DNA of 64,000 bases from Lama glama (taxonomy: Eukaryota), in the NCBI GenBank assembly GCA_028534125.1, contig CM052816.1, forward strand, positions 71,736,001 to 71,800,000, in the 5' to 3' direction. Shown here piece after piece: positions 27,225 to 38,900 of this stretch; the first letter of the stretch is position 1; every line of letters starts with the position of its first letter. A program made the translations under genes and the position numbers. The notes beneath the pieces were generated by a model that saw only the letters and a program-made list of their open reading frames with translations, made no database searches and was not told the DNA's origin.

Positions 27225-27660
27225 TTTGCTGGATATTTTCTGTTTGTCTCTCCAGATCTGATCTCTACTCCATTCTATGCCCCGAAGGTTGAACTCTATA
27301 ACCCTCATCAGTTTGGGTCCTGCTGGCGCAAGATGGGAGGTAGAAAGAGAGAAAGGTCAGGGAAGTTATTCTTCTGGCTCTTTCCTTGCTTGTCTTCAAT
27401 TTGTCAGTGACCATATTCTTCTATAGACCACAGTTACTGTTAGACTTCCACTCTTATAGTTGTAACTGTGTCTCAGCTTTTACCGGATTATGGTGACTTC
27501 TCCCTCTACTTGCCCTTGCAGACCTAAAGATGGGTAAGGCTCCCTGATTGCTACCTCTGGGCGCTGCATTCCTTCTTGATGCTTTTCTTGTAGACCTCAG
27601 ATCTTTGCAAATAATTTCTTAATGAAACAGTCCATGATAACCTCCTTTGAGTTTGCATTA
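27225..27660 (+). mobile_element. LTR33-like ERVL solo LTR
   Basis: 'gatattttctgtttgtctctccagatc...ctatgccccgaaggttga...gagagaaaggtcagggaagttattc...ttgcccttgcagacctaaagatgggtaaggct...tttgcaaataatttcttaatgaaac'. Confidence 0.75.
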
Positions 27661-28479
27661 AATTGAGGGCTATTAACTTGAGAGAAATACCTCAAAGCAT
27701 CATGAATTAATTTGTACCTCTCTATTTTGTCTTTGAATTCATACTATGAGCAACCATAGTCCAAAACCATTTTGGGGTCTAAGGACTAAGCTTAACATTT
27801 TCCACTGAGACATGCTAAAGTAAAATTTTGCTGTTCATGTAAGTTGCTTATAAAAGGATTTAACTTTAAGCCCTTTTGAATGTCTTTATAGATTCCTTAG
27901 AGTTCTGAAAAAGATCCCTGGAGGATTTTCTTGGCTTTCCATTTGTTTGTATCAAAATAAGAATCAGGGAAACAACCCTTAATTGCTCAGCCATGGGGCA
28001 GTCGGGGCACATTTCAACATGTCTGTGATCAGCTATAGAATCAGAAAGAATATCTCTGACATGCCGTCTCTGTCTCCACTGCCATGAAAACTCTCTTCCC
28101 AGCCTATTTATCCTAAGACTTAGGGGCAGCAATACTGAGAGACAGTTCAAGAGCAATAATACCTTTAAACTTTTTCTAGGACAGTGAGAGATCCCGATCC
28201 TCCTTAGCACAGAGGAATGTCTTGGCATTAGATGCTTAAAGGAAGTTACGGGAAGAAAAGTCTTTCAGCAGTTGAGTAGATCATAGAACTGTTCATAAAA
28301 TAGGAAGCATTTGCATTAAATCATTAAAGATGTATTTTTATCATTCTTACTGTTATTAATCTTATTTTATTTATAAGGTAAAAGGTATTATTGAAAATGC
28401 AACTGTAAACAAGGGCATTAGAGCGAGTAAATACAAATAAATAGAAGGCGCTTTCAAGGGACGGAAGTTGAGTAGGGAC

Positions 28480-28730
28480 AGTTGAAGCAGAGGCTCATTT
28501 TAAAAGATTACTGAAAAATGTTTGATAAGATGGACTGGAATAAAATTAATAGGTAAAGTAATTGAATATTTTTGAGTCAGGGTGTGACAAGAACATCAGT
28601 GATACTGTGTACTCTGAAAGCATCGTGTAAAATGGATTAAGACGGCGGACTAAGGCTGTTATAATAGTCTGTGCGTGAGGTAATGTGGGTCTGAACTGGT
28701 TGAGTTGCAGTGAAAGTCAGTGGGAAGAAA
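28480..28730 (-). mobile_element. L2 relic
   Basis: 'ttttgagtcagggtgtgaca...aggctgttataatagtctgtgcgtgaggtaatgtgggtctgaact'. Confidence 0.5.
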
Positions 28731-29838
28731 GTATCCAATAAAAAACAGGTTACAGAAGAATTAATAAAATTCAGGCAGATGCAGATGGTTTTAATTTCAA
28801 CCCTCCTAATACTTTAGTTAAGCCATGTAGACTTTTCATTACTATGTTAATTTATTTTCAGTATAGATGATTTTACTCTTTCCTAAACTATGTTTTGTGA
28901 ATGTAATATTCTGGAACCATTGCCAAATTCCATAAGATATTAGGGGAAAAAAATCAACAAAAAATGATTACATAATTTGTTTTGCCTGAAATCTTTGGCT
29001 TCTTTCAGGAAGAGTATAAGCTAATTACGTTGGCCGTGCAGATACAGATTGTTCAATTGTGTGGATAAAAGCTGCAGTTACTATGGTGCTTGCAAATTGA
29101 AAAAATTACATCGCTAAACTCAAATGGGTGATAATGACCTCGCCCCCTTTTAACCCTATGATGTACATATGCTTACTATGTAAGATCTTACTGTTAAGGA
29201 CATAGCAACAAACAAACAAATTTATATAATGGTTTTTCATAAAGAAATCAAAATTCCTTCTCAAAGAAGAAGTCGAAGAGATGTGTATATTTTGAGGGCA
29301 GGGAGCTTGTAGTTTTGACTTTTTAGTTACCCAGTTATTACACTGTAATAGTTATTTATAAATTTCTGTAAAATAGTCAAATAATTTGTTTATAAACTAG
29401 ATAACCTAACGCTTAGTAAAATCACGTTTGATTTTTTATTTTAAATTTTATTCAACGATACCTACTTCTTCAAAGTCAACGAAGAGCTAGTTGAAACTAG
29501 ACACAAAACCTCAATTGCAGATTTCTTATAATACCAGATATTCCAACTACAATGATGAAACTAAATAGGAAATTTAAAACAAAGCAACATATATATTAGA
29601 TTTCTCAGAATCAAACCTTATACCTGTGAATGCTCTCATTTTCCTAAGAGCCCTTCATTTTGTACCTGACAGAGGAACGGTCAGCCCTCAGAGAAAAACA
29701 GTTCATTGGCATTACGCTGAAGTCATTATCTCAAATTTCAAATTTCATATCTCTCCTCACTCACCATTACTCAGACCTCCATGGATAGTTCTGGCAAAGA
29801 CTGCTGAAACCACACGAAAGACTACCAAGACAGTATTC

Positions 29839-29892
29839 AGTGCTTCCTGTATCCTGGCAAGTGCTTCCTCTATCCTGGCAAGTGCTTCCTCT
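29839..29892. repeat. 21-bp tandem repeat (~2.6 copies)
   Basis: agtgcttcctgtatcctggca / agtgcttcctctatcctggca / agtgcttcctct. Confidence 0.92.
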
Positions 29893-32089
29893 TTACAAAA
29901 ATGGATTTGGAAGATTTCCCAGACTGTGTTTTTTTGCACCCTAAAGCACGAAGTCTGTATCAGACTGCTAGGTGGGATGACAGAGTGTGTTCACAGCAAG
30001 CTGGATATGTATTCTCTCTGCCCTTCCTCTCTCTCCTCTGGATGCTTATAAATCACTTTGTTAGATGATTACTATTGAGCATCTTGTTTTAAAGATAAAT
30101 CCCGAATTTTACACAGTTGTTGACTCTCTAATGTAAGGCTCAGTAAGGGACCAGTGAGAAGCCATATTTATTTTTAAAATGAATAGCTTTCTTTATCTTT
30201 TTTTCTGGGGAACATTTGCAGATGATATCCCCCACATGTAGTTTCTCTATGACAGTGTATCTACTAATGGAAAGACCTTCTAATGGCATCATATGTCTGG
30301 ATGACTAAGATATTTTTTCTAATAATATGTTGCTGGATTATCTAAACCAACTGTTTAAAAATTGTTTTTACCTTTGAAAATATCTATTTCTAAGTTGTTT
30401 TACACTTTTTTTTTTATCCTGACAGGAACACTAATTCATCCTTTTGTTGTGTCATTAAAAGAACATCATGATGAAAGAAACCTAAAAATTGTAGGTACAT
30501 TGTTAGCATATTTGTTTATTGCACAGTAAGAGACTCTGTATCAGTTGCTGAATATTCTGGGAGGACTCAATGGTGAGTGTGTGTGAGGCATGGCAGTGAA
30601 GGATGTATTATAACACTGTAATTTGGGGGAAAATAAGTTGGAATTTACTCCATAGAAGATCTGCCCATATTACTGGAGAGTCCCCTTTATAAAAGATCAA
30701 TAACAGAATCCATCATGGGGGAGTCTGGCTAGACCTAGTGATGTTCAAGAATCCCCAGGGGCAATGAAGAGCAGGACTTCCGTTCTGAAGAGAATGGAGA
30801 AATTCAGGTAGTGAATCGATGCAGAATATGGGCTAGGTCACCCAAGCCCCATTAGCATGGGAAGCCATGACTTCGAGGCCATTTGGGCAACCTTAAGCCT
30901 GGCTGGGAGTACAGTGGATTTGGAAGTTGGAGAATCTAGATCCTGGAGATGGGGTGAAAGAACTAAAAGTCAAACCCTAGCCAACAATTCATGTGAGTTT
31001 ACTGATGTAGCTTGTGTACATCAGAGCTGGCTCAGCCACTGAGATCTCTTAACAAGAAGTAGCTACAAGAAGCTAAGGAATACAAAGACAGCAGAAAAAA
31101 AAATGGAACAACAAAAATTAATACCTGTCGTGTGATTTAGTGGCTACTCTGTTAGGCTGTGGTCAAAATGATACTTAGAAAACATAATTTCCTTCTTTTA
31201 GAAATATTATTGGGAAATCCAACTTCTAAACAAATCAGCCAATGAGAAAGAGGTGAAACATTTCAAATGATAATCAGATTTTACCCAGGAAAGATATATA
31301 TTTGAGAGACATATTTCAAAAATAGTGTTTAAAATTTTTATGGCATTGTTCTTATCATCGCCACTTTCAACCTCGAAACCACATGGCTTTGTAAAAGTTG
31401 CAGGGACTCTCATGCAGTGGGCCTGAGAACACATCCTAGCTTTAACCCTCTGCAAGTCTTCTGTTTTGGTCAGAATTCTGAAGAATTTCTGCGAAAGACT
31501 TTTGAGATGGATTTGAAAGACTGTGAGGGGTAGTAAATACACAGGGTGGTCCAGTCAAAGGGAATATTACTTACAAAAATTCAAGATATCCTTGTGAACT
31601 TTTTGTGAGAAAGAAGAATATGATATTGGTGATATTGCCTGAGGGGAGTCTTTAACTGTATTGACCATAATAATTATCAGTGAGTTTTAAAATCAGTAAT
31701 TATTTTCTAAATTCATTAGGAATATGGACAAAAATATAAGGGAACATATGGGATATAGTTTGGTTACATTCAGTAGTCGCCAAGCTTAAATGCTATACTC
31801 TGTTCTTAGAAGAATATGTTGACAGAGCATAAGAGCATCTTAATAAAATCATCAGTTCATGCTGTTTTAAGTTCTGAAGTGTATCTAAGCACAAAAACTA
31901 ACTTGTTAGAGTCAAATGACAATATCAAGTAGCTAGACTGTACTGACTGACAACAATTAATAAGATAATTAAAATTTTATCAAAATGACCAAAATTTGAC
32001 TTTAAAAAATTGGCTTCAGCAAATAATCTGTCACTGAATCTCAATGCCTTGAATTAACTACCCACATAATTTTACAACTAGATGGAAAA

Positions 32090-32225
32090 ATATTCAGCTA
32101 ATACTTTTATGTTTTAAATAAGAGAAAGAAGACCCAGAGACATGAGCTTCCAGAATTTCTGTATCTAGAAAGCAACAGAATCAAAACTAGAATGTAGAGT
32201 CTTAGCCTAGAGCCCTTTCTTCTCC
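32090..32225 (-). mobile_element. MIR relic
   Basis: 'ttttaaataagagaaagaagacccagaga...agcaacagaatcaaaactagaat'. Confidence 0.45.
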
Positions 32226-33336
32226 ATCAATGACATCATTTCTCTTCTTTCTACTATAGAGCTCAGTACTATAACTGAGTTTTCAGTAAATGCCTTCGCT
32301 TTTTTAACAACGATATGTTAGCACTGTACTTTATGCATAAAAGATAGTTCAAAATTAGTTGTTAGTTTAATTTGACTTTTGTTTTAGATTCTTTCTAAAG
32401 AATATTTTTGTGGTGTCATGAATGGATGGCTTCCTATAATTGGAAAGGGAGTGAAGAAGTCACGTGCCATATGTTATGTCTTTCGGAAGAATTACACTTG
32501 GACCATTAAGTATAACTTATCTGATATTTTTCAGTATGGGTCCAGTAAATATTTCTAATATTGTTAAACATTTTAAAGTACTTCCAAAGAGAGCAAGAAA
32601 GTGGTTTCAATACTTTGAGAGAAAAGTTAATTCACAAAGGAAGCTTGTGTTTTATGAGGCTTTCCTGAATTACAGAAATTAAAGATGGAAGGACCCATTA
32701 GGTCATTCAGTTCATTCCCTTAAGAGTGTGGAATTGCTCCCTGAAGAATATGCACTAGGGCTTTTCTGGAAAGGAAACATTAAAACTCAACTGCAATTGA
32801 GATAGTAAATTTGTAATTTATGCACAATAAAGGTTTTTTCTCCACAGATATTAATACTACTGCATATTTTAAAATCTGGCTAAAGCATTAATAAAGTGAT
32901 TAGCAAAAGTCAAGGAGGCCATTTGTTAGTGTACTTCCTGATGAAATAAAAAGCTCCTTAGGCAATTAGTTTGGAAGGAAATGAAAACGAACCCCTAATT
33001 CCTCCTCTTTATGCCACCCATCTAAAGCTTTTCCTCTTTGTTCCCCAAAATACAGTTTCAGTGTCCTGTAATTAAGGGGTAATGGTTTCTGCTTGGGAAG
33101 CATCATGGATAGAAAACTTCTATTAATTTCTCTTGTTCAAGCATAGTTTCCATGCAAGCCTTTTAAAAAGATAGTGTTCAAAATATTAATTTGACCAACT
33201 GATAAGGTCAACTTTTGCAAGGAATGAAGTTGCTTGGTGTCTTAGGATCTCAAAAATAGTTCCTAGCCTCAAAAATGCTTTCCCGTGAAACCACAATGGC
33301 ACCTGGGAATGTAACCATAGCATCTATTTCTTAGGC

Positions 33337-33591
33337 TAACTTTTCCCAGCATATTTTTCATAGAACACTAGTCTTGAGATAATGGTTCTATGAAGAAATT
33401 TGGGAAATGATGAACGTTTTATTTCCTCTCTTAGAGAGGCAAAATGTCCATCAGTGACTTAAAGACTGAAAAACCCACCATATGAAAAGCTGCTTACCTT
33501 TGAGAAGCCAAATATTTAACCCGGAAAGTTTTTTTTTTTTAATTTGATGACCATTTGTTAATGGTCAGGGAATATACTTTTGGAAACACTG
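33337..33591. mobile_element. hAT-Charlie (Charlie4a-like) element
   Basis: 'tttcccagcatatttttcatagaacactagt...tttgggaaatg...cctctcttagag...gaatatacttttggaaacactg' with a Charlie-type TIR end. Confidence 0.6.
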
Positions 33592-34529
33592 CCTTAGAAA
33601 TATGCAGATTCTTCCTTTAAATGATGCATTCCTTGGGTGAGATAACACCAGTGTTTATCAGAGGTTTAATCTGTAGTATGAATCAGGGTATCTTTGAGAT
33701 TTTGTGGTAGGTGGCATTCTAGAAGAAAGAATTGAAGGAATAGCAGGGCAATAAAAGGGCTAGTTTTGGAGCATGTGCACTGTCCATAAAGTCCTCATTC
33801 ACTTGTTCATCTTTTATCTATCCTTGACCTTTTCCATGTGGTTAGCATGGGCTTTTCCTTGGAGAGTTAGTGTTATCTTAGGCAATGCCATTGATAATTG
33901 ATCTTTTTTTTTTTTTTCGCATGTCCACATTGGCTCTCTAACTTCCTGACTCCCTTAGGCTAAAATGGTCTCATAGGATTTCTTTTTAGATGGCAGATTT
34001 CTTGGTCTTGGTTTAGTCTTCAAGCAATGATTAAACTGGAATCAGCACAGTAGGTCTATTTACCAAGGCTGACCTCTGGTTTCTGCTTTCAGTGTAGGGC
34101 AGGAAAGGACCCAGAAGAAGGAAACAATTAGCATTCAAACTAGTTCTCTTTGCCCAGATCCACAGTAGCCTTCGGTTTTCACACAACATGATAACCTATC
34201 CGGTTCTCAGTTTCATTATGTGAAAATTAAGGAGTGAGGGTGAAAAAAGATGACATATATGATTCCTTTCAAATTTATCTATGACTAGAACCTACACAGG
34301 TAAATTATAGGAGGCAGCTACAAAAAGATACAAATTCTTAGGACTAAAAGATGATAAAAATAATAACAATACTATAACCAGTTGTGTGATATTATAAAAA
34401 AATATAAAAACTGAATTTCTTCTGCATTAATGTCCTCAACTGCTCAATGAGAACTAGCTAGTAATTAGGAAGAACATTTTCAGTTCCTAGAATCAATGAA
34501 TTACTCTTGTTTAGATATTGAATTTTACC

Positions 34530-37423
34530 TGTTTCTGGCCAAGATGGAGAATAGCGACTGGATTTACCTTCCAGATGGAACTAACAACAAAAAGAAAAAA
34601 AAATGAAATAAAACAGTGGTTTTTAAGACCCTAGACATTACACAATAAGAGATAGTAATTTTTAAGAGACAGGGAGTAAGTGAGATGAACCTCATGGCTG
34701 TCCCCGATTTCTACCTTAAAAGAGAATCTAGGCTGTATCACAGGAAAGGGAAGCCCACTTGGAGTCTGGGATCCCCTTGAATTGAGGAGACATAGGAGAG
34801 GATTTAGGAAGACCAAGGTGGCAAGTAGTGGAGAGGAAAACACTACGTAGAACGAGAAACTCAGAGATCTGTAGAGGGCCACCTAAGTATTCAGCAGGCT
34901 AGATCAGCACATGCATGTGAAAAATCTACCCAAGGCTAGGGGAAAGAACCACCTAAAATGATTAAGGGGAACAGCGCCCACGGCTCACCTGGGATCTAGA
35001 AGAGTGACTCTTTCTAGGATCCATCCTGGATTGAGTGGAGGACTTAGTAAAATCTTGCTTAGAAGTAAAGAATATTTAACCCTAGAACAAGTGCTGAGCC
35101 AGGCCCACCTAAAAACATCCTAAAACAAGACTGAAAATAATTGAACTGTCAAGTAATTTCACAGCATCCCCAAAACAAAGTTCAAGAATATTTATTGGAA
35201 TGCAAAATATTTCTCACCTAACAATGTCTGACTTCAATCAAAAATGTCCAGAAATGCAAAACAGCAGGAAAACAAACAGGACCCGTAATGAGAATAATCA
35301 ACCAGTGGAAACTGACCCAGAGCTGACAGAGATGCTATAATTAGCAGAAAAGGACATTAACACAGTTATTTTAACTGTAATCTATACCTTCAAAAAGGTA
35401 AGTAGAGATTATGGAAGCTATAAAAAGACCCAAATCAGATTTTTGAGATTAAAAACTACAGTGTATGAGATAAAAAAATAAATAAACTAGGTGGGATTAA
35501 TACCAGATTACGATTATGTATTAGGGAAGAAAGGATTAGTGATCTTGAAAACTCAGCAGTAACAAATATCCAACATGACACACAGAGGAAAAGAGAATAA
35601 ATTTCAAAAATGAACAGAGCCTCAGTGTCCCAGAGGCTCATACACATGTGCTTGGAGTCCCTGAAGAAAACAAGTAGGATGAAGAAGAGAATTTGAACTA
35701 ATAATGGTCAAAACTATTCTAAATCTAATGAAAACAGTAAATCAAAACAGTAAAAACAAAAAATATCTAAGAAGCTTATGAACTCCAAGCACAAGAAACA
35801 TGAAGAAAACTACACCAAGTCAACTCATAATCAACGTACTCATAAACAGTGACAAAGAGAACATCTTAAAAGCAGCCAGAGGGGCAAAAATGTTGCGTAC
35901 AGACAAACAAAAACAAGGATGAGAGCAGATTCCTCATTGGAAACAACACAAGTGAGAAAATAGTGGAATGACATCTTGGAAGTTTTGGAAAAAAAAAAAT
36001 CTGTCACTCTCGAGTACTATACTCGGCAACAAAAATATCTTTCAAACACTAACACAAAATAAAGACGTATAAAAACTGAAAGACGTAAGCACCAGCAAAC
36101 CTGTAATACAAAGAATGTCCAAGGAAGTCCTTCAAGCAGGAGAAAAATGCTATAAGATGAAATATGACTGAATTTCACTAGATGAAACCTTCTGTGGATC
36201 TACACAAAGGAATGAAGAGTACTGGAAATGAGAACTAGATGTGGGGAATATATGACTGTTTTCTTTTTATTTAAATGACTTTAAAATATAAATTGACTCT
36301 TTAAACAAAGATAATATATTTAGGAGTTTAACATATAGGTAAAAATAAAATGTATGACAGCAAGAGCATAAAGGCTGAGAGAGGAGAAATGAAGTACACT
36401 GCACATGGAGTAGGATAATGTCGCCTGAAGGTAGAGACAGGGATTAGTTGAATGTGTATACCACAGAGCCTAACAAAATTAACTAAGAAAGAGTTACAAT
36501 TAATAGACCAACAAAGGAGATTAAATGGCATCATCGAAATACCCAGTCTAACAGAAGCCAGAAAAAGTGAAAACAGGAAATAAAGATGGACATATTAAAA
36601 ATTATATAAACCTAACTATACTAATAATCACATTAACTGTAAATGGGCAAAACAATTGAATGGCAGATATTGTCATATTGAATTAAAAAAAATTATCAAG
36701 ACCCAACTATATGCTCTCTATAAGAAGTGCACTTAAAATACAAAGAAACAAATAGATTAATAGAGGTAAAATTATACTCATGTCCACATCAATAAAATAA
36801 AAGCTAGAGTGACTGTATTAATATAGGCCAAAATAGACTTTAGGCCAAAGAATATTTCCAGTATTAAGATAGTTATTTCATAATGAAAAGGGGAATCAAT
36901 TCATAACACTCTTAATTAATAAGAGAGTTTCAAAATCCCCAAAATTAGGAGTTTGGGATTAACAGATACACACTACTAAATATAAAATAGGTAAACAACA
37001 AGGACCTACTGTACAGCACAGGGGACTATATTCAGTTTCTTGTAATAACATACAATGGAAAAGAATCTGAAAAATATATATATGTATGTATACATGTACA
37101 GAATCACTTTGCTGTACACGTGAAATGAATATTATAAATCAACTACACTTCAATTAAAAAAAACTTAAAAAAAGAGAGAGCTTCAAAATACATGCAACAA
37201 AAACTGACAGAACTACAAGAAGAATAAATCCATAATTATGGTAATAGATTTCAACACCCCTCTCTGAATAACTGCGAGAACAAGTAGATAAAAAGTCAGC
37301 ACGTACATGATAGATTTGAACAACACTACCAACCAACTTAACCTAACTAATATTTATAGAACACTCTATGCAGTAACAATAGAACACACATTTTTTTTCA
37401 AGTGCACACAGAGAATTCACCAT
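34530..37423 (+). mobile_element. Old L1 (L1MC/L1MD-age): 5' UTR, ORF1 and start of ORF2, 3'-truncated
   Basis: 5' end 'ttctggccaagatggag'; ORF1 remnant 'gacaaagagaacatcttaaaagcagccaga' (KE.ILKAAR) at ~35850; endonuclease remnants 'atcacattaactgtaaatggg' (~36627) and 'gatttcaacacccctctc' (DFNTPL, ~37247). Confidence 0.85.
36937..37173 (+). mobile_element. Young L1 3' end inserted into the old L1 ORF2
   Basis: 'aattaggagtttgggattaacagatacacactact...caaggacctactgtacagcacaggg...aaatcaactacacttcaattaaaaaaa'; TSD agagagtttcaaaat (36922-36936) / agagagcttcaaaat (37175-37189). Confidence 0.92.
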
Positions 37424-38240
37424 GAAATTGAATTTTAAACAACTCAGATTTAAATCCCATTTATTATTAAGATATTTTATTCTTCACTTTTAAATGTTTG
37501 AAGCATTTCTTTAAAAAATTAATTTACAAGCATTTATTCTACTTTGCTTATTGTAGGCGTGAACACTTCTAAACCACATTTTCTTTGGGAATTTTAAATG
37601 TTACATCTATAAAACATAGGAATATACCCACTTATAGAGATACAATTGGTATTTCAAATTATGTGCCTGGCCTGAAGAAAAGTTTCATGCCGTATTAAAA
37701 CCAAAGGCAAAGCACCAATTAATATTGAATACTGTTGCCCAGTAATATCACCTGATAGATTGGAGCATATTTATCTTTACCAAATATTAAAGATATTAAT
37801 AATTTGGGGATTAGGAACACCTTCAAAAATACTATTTTCCAAATGTCCTTAATTTGTTCATTTTAATGAATGTTTTTGGCTTAAAAAAAAAACTGCTTAG
37901 AATATCTCTCTACATTCTTGTGTCAAATAGTGACTTCTGTTTTCAAGAGGCTTACTTGATAGTCCAAGATTTAACAGCATCTGCTTATCTTCCACGAAGG
38001 TTAAACAGGGATAAAATTGGCAATAGCTTGAAAGAAACAAGCGGTGTAGGGGAGTGAACAAGTTTAGTACTGGGTTGGCTTTAATGTTGCACATCAGCTT
38101 AAAAGCAAACTTTCAATGTTGTTCAGAGGTAAACTCCTTCAGTAAACTCTGCCTGAGCTGTGCAGTTCAGCCCGGAGCTGGCGAATGGCCTGTTTTTTAT
38201 CCCTCCCCCCTCCTACCCAGGTTCAAATTAGAGACTCATT

Positions 38241-38388
38241 AAAAAAAAAGTTACTGAAGTATAGTTGATTTACAGTGTTTCAGGTATACAGCAAAGTGAT
38301 TGTACATACACACACACACACATACATATTTTATATATATATTCTTTTTCAGATTCTTTTCCATTATGGGTTATTACAAAATATCAAA
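38241..38388 (-). mobile_element. Short young L1 3' end
   Basis: 'tgaagtatagttgatttacagtgtttcaggtatacagcaaagtgatt...ttcagattcttttccattatgggttattacaaaatat'; possible TSD agagactcatt / agagaatcact. Confidence 0.85.
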
Positions 38389-38449
38389 AGAGAATCACTT
38401 TTATGATACAGGAACAGTACATGGTCCGAGAAACGTGGAGAGGCTCGTG

Positions 38450-38670
38450 TGGTATGTTACAGAGCTGAGCCTACTTTATATCTTCCACTCACTTTTGTTC
38501 ATCAGTGTTATCTCAGTCCTCCTCAAAGCATGATGCTATAATTTTCTAGCCCTATTTAAAAGCAAAGAAGTTGAGGCACATAGAAACTCAGCAGTTTGTG
38601 TCAGTTCAGAAATTAGGAAGTAGCGGGGCCCATTTTTCCACCCAAATTTCCAGTGAACAAATCTTTTGTC
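38450..38670 (-). mobile_element. MIR relic
   Basis: 'ttatctcagtcctcctcaaa...gaagttgaggcacatagaaa...aggaagtagcggggcc'. Confidence 0.5.
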
Positions 38671-38719
38671 CTCTTTTGGGGACGGTTGTATTTGTAGAGT
38701 GCTTTATTTAGTTCCACTC

Positions 38720-38900
38720 TAAACAGGCTTTGAGTCAAACAATCCTAGGTTAAATTCTCCCCCAGTTCCCCACTGGTTACTTGACCTGAGCATCATTTTC
38801 TTCATTGGAAAAGTAAGAATCATAAAAATGTATAAATAAATGAACATACCTAAAGGACCTATTACAATACCACAGACGACACTCAGTAAATACTAATTCT
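38720..38900 (+). mobile_element. MIR relic
   Basis: 'ggctttgagtcaaacaatcctaggttaaattc...ttttcttcattggaaaagtaagaat...acactcagtaaatacta'. Confidence 0.55.

Noticed and set aside
23538..29892. Short direct repeats as a CRISPR-like or other prokaryotic array
   Set aside because: They are isolated 2-3 copy tandem duplications of unrelated sequence without spacers, in mammalian DNA.
29626..30051. 141-aa ORF with an internal heptad-like repeat
   Set aside because: It has a GTG start, the repeat comes from a 21-bp DNA tandem duplication, and no domain is recognisable.
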